This document shows, one piece after another, positions 13,546 through 29,201 of a DNA stretch of 64,000 nt; within the stretch, counting starts at the first letter, position 1, and each line of letters opens with the position of its first letter. Source of the stretch: Octopus vulgaris. Its lineage: Eukaryota. The stretch spans positions 66,960,001-67,024,000 of the forward strand of contig OX597816.1 of assembly GCA_951406725.2 (NCBI GenBank), given 5' to 3'. The translations under genes were made by a program, and so were the position numbers. The notes beneath the pieces were generated by a model, which worked only from the letters and a program-made list of their open reading frames with translations, was not told the origin of the DNA and searched no databases.

Positions 13546-14787
13546 ACTAATGATAATTAGTCCTAGGTTATTTTAAATTTAGACCTGTGATGAAAGGCAC
13601 GTCAAACCGTGACCAGTCAGTTTTCATTTTTCTAGATGATATATCTAAGAGATTTGGTTGCTATTTCTAACATGTCGGATGACTGCATGAGTGGGTGGAA
13701 GGTTCTTTCTAGAACACCGAAACTAAATTTTCCAACTGCACCTCAAAATTTTCGGGTAATCTTGTGATATTGACAAAAATGGCTGACAATGAAATGAAAC
13801 TGAAAAGTACGAGTATGGTGTACCAAATTCTGAATGATTTGTCTGTAACTTGTTCGGGGAGGGTGATTTTCTTTCTTGTTAAAATCCCGAAGTTAATAGG
13901 ATAGTAACGTAGAATCCAGTAAATGAATGTCATAAATACATTTACTTTGTGAATATGATGCCTGTCGAACGCTTGTAAATACGACGCAAACAGATTATCA
14001 AAAGCTCCATACGTCACCCCTTATATATCTTTTGTCTTACACGATATACTCACAATATTGTTCATGTGCAATATTTCATAATTTCAACTTCATTTTAATA
14101 CCATGCTCACTGCCAATTACCATTTTTGTCAGAACAAAAAAAATCATTTAATTGTCGGCCATTTCATGTCTGTCGCTATTTCCATTTTGTTATTCATCTC
14201 TGTCTCCTCCCCTTTCAAATCCTCTTTTGCGCCTTTTCCTCCTCCTACTTCTTTTTTCCATCTACCAAGTTTCATTAGTTTCTCATTCGTTCTTCCACTT
14301 ATATTTTTTTTCCCCTTTTTTACTCATCTTCACTCGTCTTTGTTTTCGTTGTATTTTAATATCCTCTTTATCATCTTTTGTTATCCTCTTCTTCCCTTAT
14401 TCCTTTTCTGCCTTCTTCATCTCAGGTGTGTCTTAGTTATTTCACGAATGCAAGTTAACAGCATTGTTGCCAGAATAATTAATCTAACGAATTAGACATT
14501 CTCCAAGGACCGTATGAAGACTATACACTGATAACTGCCTCTATTATATAATAAACACTGATAACTACATCTATTATATATTATTATTTCACCTGTGAGT
14601 CGTTAGATACGGCAAGATTAATAAATAACCCCCAAATTATGCGCAATTAAGTTCAGTGTCACTAAGTTTGTTACCTTAAACCTGTATATGTTGTTACTAC
14701 TACTACTACTACTACTACTACTACGACGACGACGACGACGACTACTACTACTGCTGCTGCTGCTGCTAATAATAATAATGATAATAA

Positions 14788-14940
14788 TCCTTTCTACTAA
14801 AAGTACAAGGCCTGAAATTTTGGGGAAGGAGACTAGTCGATTACATCGACTCCAGTGCTTCACTGGTACTTAATTTATCGACCCCGAAAGAATGAAAAAC
14901 ATTTTCCCCGGCGTGCTAGCGATTCCGCCAGCTTCCCTCC
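14788..14940 (-). mobile_element. SINE family A, internally deleted, between trinucleotide arrays
   Basis: Head, core remnant and AGGCCTTGTACTTTTAGTAGAAAGG tail. Confidence 0.75.
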
Positions 14941-14988
<48 letters not shown>

Positions 14989-15391
14989 TGTACGTCCGTG
15001 TATGTATGGGTAAGTAACCAAATATATATGCGTTTGTACGCGCGCACGTATGTGTATGCATGTATATAACAATATACACAAACAATACACATGAGCATTT
15101 TTGCCTCGACTCCTCCCTTTATTTATTTATTTATTTATTTATATATTTGATTTTTCTGGTCTTTCTTTGCCTCTTTCCACTCCATACCATATATTTCGGT
15201 GAAGGACTATTTTCGAAACGTCATAATTAATTCTTTCCACTTCTCTGAGAATTCAAAATGAAAACTTTAAGCGTGGACCTATCCCATTTTGTATTTTTTT
15301 CGCTTTCTTTCTTTCTTTCTTTCTGTCTTTCTTTCTTTCTTTCTCTTTCTCTCTCTGTATATATACAAATGTATGTACGCACGTAATATAG

Positions 15392-15428
<37 letters not shown>

Positions 15429-15760
15429 CATACATTTACATACATACACATATATACATACATATGTACATACACACACGAACACATTTAAATAAACGTA
15501 TGTAATATTATTGTCCCTCACCCTATGTGAATAGTGCATGCGCTGTAGTGCAAAGCAGACATGAAAAGGCTATGAAATCTTGCTGAATCTCTGTCATATG
15601 TACGGAAGGAGGTTACACTACTCGCCGATAAGGATTCTTCTCACATAATGATCTTTCCGCATTCTAAACTGGCTCTTACGTTTAATGTATATTTCCTTCT
15701 GGGGATATACGTGACGAAGGAAATATATTTCTCTATGTGACTGAGACAAGACAAGTTACT

Positions 15761-15817
<57 letters not shown>

Positions 15818-16088
15818 CAGTAGTAGTAGTAGTAGTAGTAGTTGTTGTTGTTTGGCTCGTGGACGGACCACTACTCCTGGAGAAATATGGCGAATGGTTT
15901 CCATCTGTGACCACTTGTCTTTCACTTCTAGACAGTACTAAATTATCCGAAGTGACCCGCCACTACCACACCTATTTTAAAACAGGGATATTTGACTACT
16001 ATATCTAGCGGGCCGAGCGACCACGTAGATGCCTTCAAGCTGCATGGTGTACACCTATAAAAATCATCAAGAGACACAACGTAAAAAT

Positions 16089-16495
16089 ATTCTTTTCTAC
16101 TCTAGGCACAAGGCCCGAAATTTTGGGGGAGGGGGCCAGTCAATTAGATCGATCCCAGTACGCAACTGGTACTTAATTTATCGATCCCGAAAAGGATGAA
16201 AAGCAAAATCGACCTCATCGGAATTTGAACTCAGAACGTAAAGACAGACGAAATACCTATTTCTATTTCTTTACTACCCACAAGGGGCTAAACACAGAGA
16301 GGACAAACAGGGACAGACAAACGGATTAAGTCGATTATCTCGACGCCAGTACGTAACTGGTACATAATTTATCGACCCCGAAAGGATGAAAGGCAAAGTC
16401 GACCTCGGCGGAATTTGAACTCAGAACGTAGCGACAGACGAAATACTGCTAAGCATTTCGCCCGGCGTGCTAACGTTTCTGCCAGCTAGCCGCTT
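16089..16495 (-). mobile_element. SINE family A dimer
   Basis: Monomer 1 with Tx1-like tail joined at GAAATA|GGTATTTCGTC to a truncated monomer 2 with a different tail. Confidence 0.9.
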
Positions 16496-16959
16496 CTCTT
16501 TCTGTAGGCATACAGAAAAAGAAGCGGAAGAACCAAGGCACAATTACCCAAAAGTGGAAGACAGGCCCGTGACCAAGCGGTTAGGCTGTTTGGTTCATGA
16601 TCATAAAGTTATAAGGTTCAATTCTTGGACCAGGTAGGTTGTTGTGTTCGTGAGCAAGACATTTCACGTGAAGTAGCTCGTGTCAACCCACCTTGAATAA
16701 ATACCAGCCGAATGGTGGTGTAGTTTTCTCTCACTCCAGTTATCACATTGTCAAGATTGAGTCAAGATTGAGGAGGCAGAGGCGTCTCTGTCTGCTGGCA
16801 ACTACATAGGTATCTTTTAGGTGCACATGTTACCAAGCTATACACACTTGCGAGTGACAGCTGGCTGTACCATACTTTTTTTTGTAAGTATATGTAAATG
16901 TATATAAATACTTATCTAAATTATGTGTATGTATACACACACACATCTATATCTATATC

Positions 16960-17029
<70 letters not shown>

Positions 17030-17223
17030 GAACACGCGCGCGCTACAAAATGAAAGCTGAGAAGTGTCAAAAGATCATCGCAGGTCACAGGCAATACAGG
17101 TCATCTATGTTTTGGTATCAATTTAGAGGAACACCCTGATAAAAACGAAAACTATTGGAACTTAAATTCGAAAACAGTGTGTTATGACGCTCTACCACAC
17201 ACGCACACACATACATACACATA

Positions 17224-17261
<38 letters not shown>

Positions 17262-17689
17262 CATATATATACATTCACACAGATATGCACACATACACGC
17301 TCATACAAGCTCGCTGGTCTCCTGATTTTTTATATATCTCGTCCCGCTTGTTATCTTTATCTTTTCGCTTTATCCTTCCTTCTTTCTTTATTTCTTTTTC
17401 TCTCCATTTCATGCAGAGATTTGCGTACACTTACGTACAGTCATATGTTCAAGTAGGTATCGCCACGTTTTGATTCTAGAGTCTAGCTGAACTACCCTTG
17501 GGTAATTTTCAGTCATCTGACGCTCACATCTTTCTTTCTTTATATATTTCTATCTAACCAATTTTACTTCCATGTATAAGCGCGTATTTTGCAGCCAGTT
17601 TAACCCAATAATATATTGATTTTTTTTCTACAAAATGGATCATAAATATCCATGATCCATGTAATAATTGTTGCTTAGAAGTTCCGGCG

Positions 17690-17830
17690 AATCGGCGGTT
17701 CGACAAATGAGACCGATAGAATAAGTACTAGGCTTTCAAAGAATAAGTCCTGGGGTCGATTTTCCTCGACTAAAGGCGGTGCTCCAGCATGGCCACAGTC
17801 AAATGACTGAAACAATTAAAAAGAGTAAAG
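17690..17830 (+). mobile_element. SINE family B, 3' half
   Basis: GGCGGTGCTCCAGCATGGCC...AATGACTGAAACAA tail. Confidence 0.8.
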
Positions 17831-18024
17831 AGTATGTCCTACCCAATTCGCTGGTCTCACCAGTCAGTTGCAGTTTTGTCACATGACCTATCAAAAACCG
17901 GTTTAACTTGCCTGACTTCCAACATTTATCAGCTAGATATCTCACGTAACAGCAACATTTGTTGCACTATTGACAAAAACCACAGACTAACCACATCTAT
18001 AGCTCTTTGTAAAAAAATCTTTCA

Positions 18025-18505
18025 GGCACGGTTTTGTTGTTAAGGAGCTCGCTTGCCACCGCGTGGCTTCGGGTTCAGTTCCTCTGCGCAGCACCTTGAG
18101 CAAATGCGTTCTACTATAGCCCACAAAAGAACTGTGGGTGTATTTTGGTAGACGGAAACTGAAAGTAGCCCTTGTGACGGACTTTGTATACACATATATA
18201 CACACACATATATGTACACATATACACATATAACATATATATGCATATGTGCGATGGACTTCGTGTAAGTGTGTATACACAGATATATATATATATATAT
18301 ACATATATATGTATGTATAGGGGGCGGGTTTGACTCCCATATCGCTTTACAGTCAGTTGGTTTGTTTTCATCCCCGTAACCTAACGGTTCGCCAAAAAGA
18401 GGCCGATCGAATAAGTGCCAGACTTAGAAATAAATAAGTATTTGTTCGAGTAAACCCTTCAAGGTGGTTCCCCAGTATGGCTATAGTTCAATGACTGAAA
18501 CAAGA
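18025..18505 (+). mobile_element. SINE family B, diverged full copy with internal microsatellite
   Basis: Head, internal (TA/CA)n and ...AATGACTGAAACAAG tail. Confidence 0.75.
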
Positions 18506-18589
18506 GAAAAAAAACTAGTTCCCCGCTAGCTTATTTTATTCAACTCTTTGGTGCTCATTAGCATAAAAAGTAAAGTGAAAGTAGTTTTA

Positions 18590-18903
18590 TTTTTTTATGC
18601 GCCCTTTTCAAGCCTAGCCAGGCTCATGTGCCCGGTTTCCCGGTGGTTTCTGTGGCGTATGTGTTTCCCCCAGTTGGACTGGACGCCAGTCCATCGCAGC
18701 GTTACTCAAGAAACAGGAAGAAAGAGTGAGAGAAAGTTGGGGCGAAAGAGTACAACAGGGATCGCCACCACCCCCTGTCGGAGCCTCGTGGAGCTGTAGG
18801 TGTTTTCGCTCAATAAGCACACACACAACGCCCGGTCTGGGAATCAAACCCGCGATCCTCCGATCGCGAGTCCGCTGCCCTAACCACTGGGCCATTGCGC
18901 CTT
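18590..18903 (-). mobile_element. SINE family C
   Basis: A-box TGGCCCAGTGG; closely similar to 25841-26153 and 63255-63563. Confidence 0.9.
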
Positions 18904-19984
18904 ACAAGTGAAAGTAGTTGCTATAGAAATATTTTGCTTTGCTGTTCGTTACATTGACTTGGTTGTTAGGTGGACCCTGGTTTTAAAATTTAATATCGCT
19001 GGGATAACTCGGAAATTAGATTGTCTTTTTTTTTTCTTTTTAACTTTGATTTTACTTTACAAGCTTGACTATGCAAGTTTTGGATACTTTTGGTTGGCAA
19101 CCACCAAACACCGAACGATGTGTGAACTTTTCTATGATAATTATACTACGATGATAAAGCAAATGTTTCTACTCTCTCAATCTTCGCCTCTCCCTCCTCT
19201 CTCTCTTCTCATATTTGTCTCTCCCCCTCTCTCTTCTCATATTTCTCTCCCTCCCTCTCCCTTCTCACATTTCTCTTCTTCTATTTCTAAGTTTATTAGT
19301 CTGTCACCTACCCCTCTCTTTTTCACCATTCCTCGCTCAATAACTTAGCTCTCGGCTGTCGTCAGTAAACTCGTTTTTATAAATAGATACGAAACAAGGA
19401 AGCAATTTGGCTTTTATGGAAATTTATAACGAGATTTGCGAATTATCAAACTTGATTCCGATGCAGTCAGATTAGATAGCAATATCTCCTGATAGTGTAA
19501 ATTTTTTATTTTCACGTCTGCCGCACATTAAGGAAATAGTATTTACTTAATTAAATAATGAGAAGGAAACTTAATAGTAAGGTGGGCGCTAGCGTACTTG
19601 AAAAATAAGCCAAGAAGTTTAGACAAAGTTTTGGAATGGCTATCCCTCCAAGTCCTTCATGAGAAAGGAAACGGATAATCTGTTCCTTCATTTTTGAAGT
19701 TTTTATATTTCCTGTTTTTCAACAATGAATATTTCAATTTTCAAAAAACAAAAACAAAAAAAAAACATTAGAAATTTAAAAACTGATTCCCTTAATTTTA
19801 TTTATTTATTCATTGATTGTGCATTCCCCCCCCTCTCCCATAAGGTTTGGAACTGTGAGATGCCGTTGTTCCAAATCTCTGCTGGAATTTTACTTTATTA
19901 AATTTAAGTACCCCGGCGCCCACTTTATTAATTAACCTACAATAGTATTTATTTACTGCAACCGAAGAAACTGATATTTTTTTT

Positions 19985-20125
<141 letters not shown>

Positions 20126-21000
20126 TGTAAACGCCCTAGCACTATAATAGACATTGGTCAGAAAAATAACTGAATTAGAGCAATTATATAAATTAGTAGT
20201 GAAGGTGCGTCGCCTGGTGGTTTGGGGTACTGTTCGCACGGTCTGAAGGTCTTAGTTTCGATTCCCAGACCGGGTAGTGCGTTGTGATCTTGAGCAAAAC
20301 GCTTAATTTCCCGTTACCGCAGTCTACTCAGCTGTACATGAGTAACCTTGTGACGGACTAGGGTCTGGGTAACCAGCCCTATAAGTCTTAGACTCGAAAC
20401 AGAAATGTGCAGCGAATTTACTTTACTTTTACTTTCTTACATATAAATTAGTGCAGTATTTTAGAGAAAAAAAATTGTTTATCTGAGAAAAGGAAAAAAA
20501 AAAACCATGTGAGAGAAAAATGTTATTTTACGTTCAATATTTACGAAGCGGTGCTGATAAATTCTTGGCTTTGGGTAAAAGAAAATACAGGAGGATCAGT
20601 TAATTATGATTTTATTCAACATATTCCCCTCACAAATTCACACACTTATTGTAGCGGTCCTTCAGTTTTTCTAAGCCTTGTAAAAGAACTCGGAAGGTTA
20701 CCACTACTTCTAACACTATTATAACTGCAACTACTACGACGACTTAGCTACCATCAGGAGAAAAGCAACTACCAGCATCATGTGAATTTTGTAAGAAAAA
20801 CATGCAAACTTCCAAAACTGATATCATGAAAGAGTAATTTAATTTATTGTATTTCAATTTATTATCCCCCCCCCTTACAGCATGACTAACTCCTCTTAGA
20901 AACGATTGAAACCGGTACCATACTTTGATAAAAATGTAAATATTTTCTTTCACTTGCCCATGATAAAGTTCCCAAATCATTTTCTGTTTTTTCTTTAAGA

Positions 21001-21002
<2 letters not shown>

Positions 21003-21093
<91 letters not shown>

Positions 21094-21098
21094 GTGTG

Positions 21099-21143
<45 letters not shown>

Positions 21144-21148
21144 GTGTG

Positions 21149-21189
<41 letters not shown>

Positions 21190-21201
21190 GTGTGTATGGG
21201 A

Positions 21202-21239
<38 letters not shown>
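21003..21239. repeat. (TA)n array punctuated three times by TGTACGTGTGTATG
   Basis: Directly visible. Confidence 0.9.
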
Positions 21240-21243
<4 letters not shown>

Positions 21244-22421
21244 TCGAAGCTGATTATTTACGACGTCTGTAACGACGCAGTAAAGAAATAATCACCTTCG
21301 ATCGCCCTTAGTATATCGATGCAGCTATGTCCTTTTTATCTTAAACGAACATGCACAAGGAAGAAATTCTAAGTACCAACAGACTGAATCAAAACCAATA
21401 AAAAATTGTTTCTAACAAAGTTTCAGTACAAAGCCTGAAATTTTGTGGGATGGTGTTAGTTGATTACTTCGACTCCAGTATAGAACAACCATTTTATTTT
21501 ATCTAGTCAGAGAGGATAAAAAGCGAAACTGACTTTGGCGAGATTTGAACTTGGAACATAAAGAGCCTGAAGGAATGTCGCATAGCAGTTAGTCCCGTGA
21601 TCTAACGATTCCGCTAATTTACCACACTATTCTACTGACTCTGCTAAGTCAAGGCTCACTGACTTTTGAATCAGGCACAGGGATCACAGTTGAGTTTTGT
21701 TTTGTTGGTATCGGGTGGGAGTGCAGCAGGGTTGCAGGGTAACAGTTGCGTGTGTCGATGCTAATTCTGGACTAATGATTAATTTTATCGAAACTCAGAA
21801 AAGAAAATGCAAAGAAGGCATCGTTGGGATTTGAACTCAGATTGTAAAAAGACAGAACCGAATATTGCAAAGAATTAAATAGGAAAGAAGAAGAAGAAGA
21901 AGAAGAAGAAGAAGAAGAAGAAGAAGAAGAAGAAGAAGAAAGAAAGAAACGGAGGAAAATGAAATGAAAGAGGAAATGAAGAAAAAGAAACATCTTGTCA
22001 ACTCACGGTATTTTCCTTCTTCCGGCCATATCCAAATTTTTCAAAGAATTTTCAGCAGATTGAAAAAGAAGATATTAATTCTTGTATTTGTACAAGATAA
22101 TGTGGTAAAAGTCCTATCGTTCTATGTTGACTGCAAAGTTTGGAAGCCTTGAGCCGTGTGTCGTTTCTTAAACGGTTTTACCGGGTTTATATACAGTACG
22201 TGTGATAGATATAAATAGATAGATACAGCTACGCACATATATATATACGTACAGACACTAACTTACTTACTTTCCTACCTACATACCTACCTACCTACAT
22301 CTATTACTCAATTAAATACTAGTCTCTCGCTGGCTAACTTCGCTGCTTTGTCAAAGTTGTGGGTGTGTAAAAGTTTTAACTTCGAGTGTATGTGTGACGG
22401 TGTATAGTTATCTATCTACAA

Positions 22422-22456
<35 letters not shown>

Positions 22457-22600
22457 GAGTCAGTCTGCTGTAAGTCTCTGCCCATCTTCTAGTAAAAGAA
22501 GCCCATCCTTCTTCTCCACATGTAACAAACACATACCGGTACTACTGCCGGTATTAGTCAAAGTGTGTGTACATGTGTGCTCCAGTATGTGTGTGTGTGT

Positions 22601-22639
<39 letters not shown>

Positions 22640-22794
22640 TGAGACAGACAGACAGACAGACAGCGGTTGTGTGGTGTGGTGAATGTTTGCAATTACATAC
22701 TTACACATAATAACATACATGTGTCTATGTGCTACCTGGTGATACCACATAGTTCTAGAACTTAAAACGTAAAATTTATGTGATAATTAGACAG

Positions 22795-23792
<998 letters not shown>

Positions 23793-24010
23793 GTAAATGC
23801 CTCACGTTACAAATGACTCTAAAGAGTCCCTTTATAGCGTGAGGCATTTACGTGTAGTAATGTCCCTAATATAATAAATGTATTTAAAGGAGAATAAATA
23901 AATTATATATTTTTTTGTATAAATGTTTCCCATAACTGGTTTTTTCACGCTGACTACTTGATAAATTCTTATATAGATTTTATCATTATATTTAATTATA
24001 TACACCCCCA

Positions 24011-24045
<35 letters not shown>

Positions 24046-24553
24046 ACGTGTATGGGCATGTGTATATAGGTGCAAGTTAAGAAGTTTTCTTCACCGTCGC
24101 ATGGTGCAGGGTTCAATCCGGCTGTGTGTTACTTCAGGCAAGTATGTTTTACTAAAGCTTCGAGTTGCCTAATATGAGTAACATCTGGTAGACGGAAACT
24201 GTGTGGAAACCTGTTACAAGTACTTTTACACATACGTATATGTAACATAGAGAGATTATTAGTGTATATTTCTGCATGGGAATAAGCATGGGAAATAGCG
24301 AAATTCAAGAAACCAAGAAGAGGCAAGGTTCAGAGTCACTGACGAAGAGGATTTCTTTTTGGCGGGAAACATTTGTTGCTGTTATTTAACCCTCGGTCTC
24401 CTAGCATGGAACAGACATAAAATATAAGCTTTCTAGTCGTGATTATCCGTCTCTAATGTATTATTCTTTTTCAGGTCTTATATGGAATATCTTAATAATG
24501 TTGTGTTGACATAAATTTACATACATATTATTATAAAATTTGATAATATTATG

Positions 24554-24885
<332 letters not shown>

Positions 24886-25445
24886 CACATGCTGAAAGAC
24901 CGGAAGTTTTGGAAAACAAGGGCAAAGTAGGTTTTTAAAGCCAAAAGAGTGGAGACAGGAAGGTTGGTAACAAAAAATGATGTTTATGTATGTGTGAGTG
25001 TGTGCGTGTGTGTATGTGTGTGTGAGGCGAGATAAAAAAACAAAAAATATATGTATATGTTAGTGCGTGCGTCTGTATGTAAGTGTGTTTGGTAGGGCGA
25101 ACAGTAGTTGACATAGCAAGTCTCAAGTGAGTGGTCAGTGGTAAAAAAAGGAGGAAGGAGGGAAGAAGGGAAGGAGGGAAAGGGTGGGGGCGTATGTAAC
25201 GTGCCAGTGTGTGTGTTGAGTGGTAGTGTGTGTGTGTCCAGTGTGCGTAGTTGTATGTATGGCAAGTAAATTTGACGTGTGTGTAAGTGTAATGTATATG
25301 TATATGCAAATGTGTGTGTGTGAGTGGGTGTGTGTATGTGTGTGCGTGTGTGTATGCAAAAGTGTGTGTGTGAGTGGGTGTGTGTATGTGTGTGCGTGTG
25401 TGTACAAAAAGGGGGGTGTATTAAGGAAAAAAAAAAATATATATA

Positions 25446-25634
25446 TATTAAAATTATAAATTAGGGTATCTACGAGATACCACCATGCTGAAAATAGCAG
25501 CCGTGATCTGACACTAAAGCCACCTTTCTCACCGTGTTGATACATGGACAATTAAGGTGGTTTTAGAGTCAGATCATGGCTGCTATTTTCAGCATGGAGG
25601 TATCTCGTAGATACCCTAATTTATAATTTTAATA
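25446..25634. repeat. 81-bp inverted repeat with 27-bp spacer
   Basis: Arms 25446-25526 and 25554-25634, 4 mismatches. Confidence 0.9.
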
Positions 25635-25732
25635 ATTATTACCTTTGAAGGTTATTTTTTTCCATGCTGACCACTTGATAAAATCGTTATTTTATTTTTA
25701 AATTAATGATCTTATCCTTATTTATATAAATG

Positions 25733-25804
<72 letters not shown>

Positions 25805-25840
25805 TGTATGTGTGTGTGTGTATGAATAGATATATGTATG

Positions 25841-26153
25841 TGGAAGCGCAATGGCTCAGTGGTTAGGGCAGCGGACTCGCGGTCGGAGGATCGCAGTTTC
25901 GATTTCCAGACCGGGTGTTGTATGTGTTTATTGAGCGAAAACACCTACAGCTCCACGAGGCTCCGGCACGGGGTGGTGGCGACCCCTGTTGTACTCTTTC
26001 GCCCCAACTTTCTCTCACTCTTTCTTCCTGTGTCTTGAGTAACACTGCGATGGACTGGCGTCTCGTCCAGCTGAAGGGAACACATACGCCACAGAAAACA
26101 GGAAACTGGACCCATGAGCCTGGCTAGGCTTGAAGAGGGCGCATAAATAAAAA
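25841..26153 (+). mobile_element. SINE family C
   Basis: A-box TGGCTCAGTGG, B-box GTTTCGATTTCC, body GCGATGGACTGGCGTCTCGTCCAG, A-rich tail. Confidence 0.9.
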
Positions 26154-26916
26154 ATGTATGTGTATATTAATGTAATTGAAATAATTGTTGGATTTTTACG
26201 GTGTCAGCTAAAATAAAGAAATGATTTTCTTCGTACGTATTATTGATTGTTGTGAAATACTCTGAATTTCTTAAAATTCTGCATAAGGATTGTCGAATTT
26301 ACCTGCCATACATGAGGATTTACCTGGGATTTGTATTCTACATACATTTACTGGTATCTACTTGTTGGAAATTCAACCTTATTCCTTTATACTGAGTGCT
26401 TACTTGATATCTACCAGGATTTTTTAATCCCATTTTTTCTTCTATATATATGCACATACATATGAAGCTCTCTGTCGATTAGGGTTGACCTTGCACCTAC
26501 ATCAACAGCTCCTCCCAGAGCACATGTATGGTCTAGGTGACAGCATGCAACAAGTCTTCTTACTCTAAAACTACCGATATTGTCCAAGGCAGAGCCAATA
26601 CAGATTCACACCTGTGTGGTCGCAGACGTTACCAAAACAGACACGACGAGGCATTTCTTCCGATGCTCTAACACTTCCGTCAAACCACTCCCCTGGACAG
26701 ATACTTATTGATCGATGCAGAACGAGTAAAAGGTAAAATTAACCCCAGTGAAATTTGAATTTAAAGCACAGATAACAGGTACAATTACTACAAAGCAATT
26801 TATCCGACGTCCCTTAACATTTGTCATTTCGAGACCCATTCTTCCAGTTGATAATATGTCTATCTTTTATCTTTCACATATTTCAGTGATTGGACCACGC
26901 TATGCTGCAGGGAAAG

Positions 26917-26957
<41 letters not shown>

Positions 26958-26977
26958 AAGCTTTCCCGCAGCACGGC

Positions 26978-27045
<68 letters not shown>

Positions 27046-28264
27046 GAGAATCCCCCCCCCCCAAAAAAAAAGACGAAGACAGGTGGTGTAGACAACAAAC
27101 AGATGTATTAGTATAACGCTCAGGAAGTGAAAACGTCTTTAACGTTTCGAGCCTACACTCTTCCTCCGTGTTGGTATGTTAAATTTTGCTCATTTGCTCG
27201 ATTTCTGTTAAGCCGTTGCATATTTTCAGTGAGGTTGGTGGATAAGTTGAGGATTTTTACTCTCCTTCCTTTCAAGGAAGCTGGTGCTTCGTGTACTCTC
27301 AATTATAATTACCAGCAGAAAAACTGCCCCCCCCCCGGGCGGTTTTCTTCTAGTATGTGTATTGTGCATATTGATATTATATATATATACATATAGATAT
27401 GATACATAAATTATGAAGTAAAGTGACAATATGCACATGAATTGAACAAAGACTTTGTTATGGTTTATTTTGTAATGAGTAAAATAATCCATGATACATT
27501 TAAAAAAAGACGATAATGAATATTGGAAAAGTATTGAGATTGTCAAGGGAAAATGTTCATGAATCTTCACTTGAGTGAATTTGAAAATAGATTCTCTGGT
27601 GGGAATTAATGAATTATATTTACCAATATGAAGAGTTGAGGTTTGCTATATTGTTGTTTTACTATATTCACTTAATAAACTTCTTAAATGTTCCTAGTGT
27701 TCCTTTCCGAGCAATTAAAAAGAAACTTAAATACATTCCAATTAAAAGAGAGTAATGAATGTTTCACATCACTGTAGAATGTCTTTGTAGACACTTTTTT
27801 CATTTATCTGGGTTAATATTTTCATAAACAATTTAGATCGATAAATAAGTAACAGGCTTGAAGAATACCTAATGGAGATGATATTATTGACTAAATAATT
27901 TCAAGGTGGCACCCCAGCATGGCCGCAGTCTAACACAATTTGAAAACTTAATTCTATAGATAGGGATTGTTTTTTGCATTATATAATACGGTTAAAATAA
28001 TTTATTCGCTTTTTTTCTCTCGCTTTATTACATTTTTTACGAACGCGAAGAAATAATGTTTACATGTGGAATTCAAACGGAAGTTGACATTTAAAGTAGA
28101 AGCAAATACTAAGCATTATAAATTGTTTAATATACAAATAAACTTTATACTTTAAAATTTTTTTAATACTCATTTATAATTTCTTCAAAGTAATGTGACT
28201 TTTTATAATAACGTGGGAAAAAAGCTGGACACAGTCTCGCCCTTCTTCAATCATTATATATATA

Positions 28265-28776
28265 CTAGCAGTATCGCCCGGCGTTGCTCGGGTTTGTAAG
28301 GGAAATAACTATATAAGCATTTTTAGAGAGTTACTTCCCTTATAGATGCCAATTCGGGCTTTCTTAGTAATTTCTGTTTTGGTGTCTTCAAGCCATGAAA
28401 TCGTTATTCTAAAAGAACGCTGGTCTCCTTGACAACGCTTTACGACGTTGATTTCCTTACACTCCCTTCCCCACAGCTTCACGAGGGAGGGAAGAAGGGG
28501 AGAAGCAAACAGGTGCAGGTGTGACCATGGACGCCAACTCCGCCGCCATCGACACACGAAAAATTATGCATTAAAATGGAATAAAAAATGATGTTAAATT
28601 ATTTTTAAAATCGTAGACTCATCGTAGACGCGCGCTAATACTCAGACGGGCTCGATATGAATCACGACTATAAGATACCCGAATTTGGTTAAACTGCACC
28701 GCAAAATGTGGGAGTAGTTAGGATTCTAAATCGAAGGGGACAGACACTCACACAACTACAGTTTTATATTTATAGA
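28265..28776 (-). mobile_element. Non-autonomous Helitron, 512 bp
   Basis: Minus-strand 5' A|TC start, 3' hairpin CCCGAGCAACGCCGGG eight nt before CTAG|T, AT insertion site, no TSD. Confidence 0.85.
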
Positions 28777-28793
28777 TATATATATTCAAAAAT

Positions 28794-29032
28794 GTAACCG
28801 CATGTAGACTATTGGCGATTTTTTCCCGGCTTCTTACTTCTTTCCTTTGGACTTTGCTGTTTTTCTTGCTTCCAAAGAAGAGCTAAGCTCGAAACGTAAA
28901 ACAACGACTCTTTTCTTTCTCCAAGCGTCTAATTAATACTTTGTGCTGCTAGGTCCTCACGTTTGTTTGTTTGTTTGTTTGTTTGTTTGTTTGTTTTCCT
29001 TTTTCCTTGTCTTTTTCTCTGTTTTTGAATTA
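28794..29032 (+). mobile_element. Short Penelope pLTR-like element, degenerate hammerhead-like motif
   Basis: CCAAAGA-A-GAGC-TAA-GCTC-GAAACGTA (28872-28898); colinear with 33853-34049. Confidence 0.55.
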
Positions 29033-29033
29033 A

Positions 29034-29080
<47 letters not shown>

Positions 29081-29201
29081 GGAAATAGTGGCACGACAAG
29101 GTACCAACTTTTGCTGGAAATAGTAGTCGATAACCGTTCGATGTTAGGTTATCGACCGCTATTTCCAGCAAAAATTGATACCTTGTTGTGCCACTATTTC
29201 C
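29081..29201. repeat. 55-bp inverted repeat with 11-bp spacer
   Basis: Arms 29081-29135 and 29147-29201; 5 differences, all transitions. Confidence 0.9.

Noticed and set aside
13709-14017. 102-aa ORF with a hydrophobic stretch
   Set aside because: No ATG start, no recognisable domain and no convincing splice context; cannot be supported as an exon
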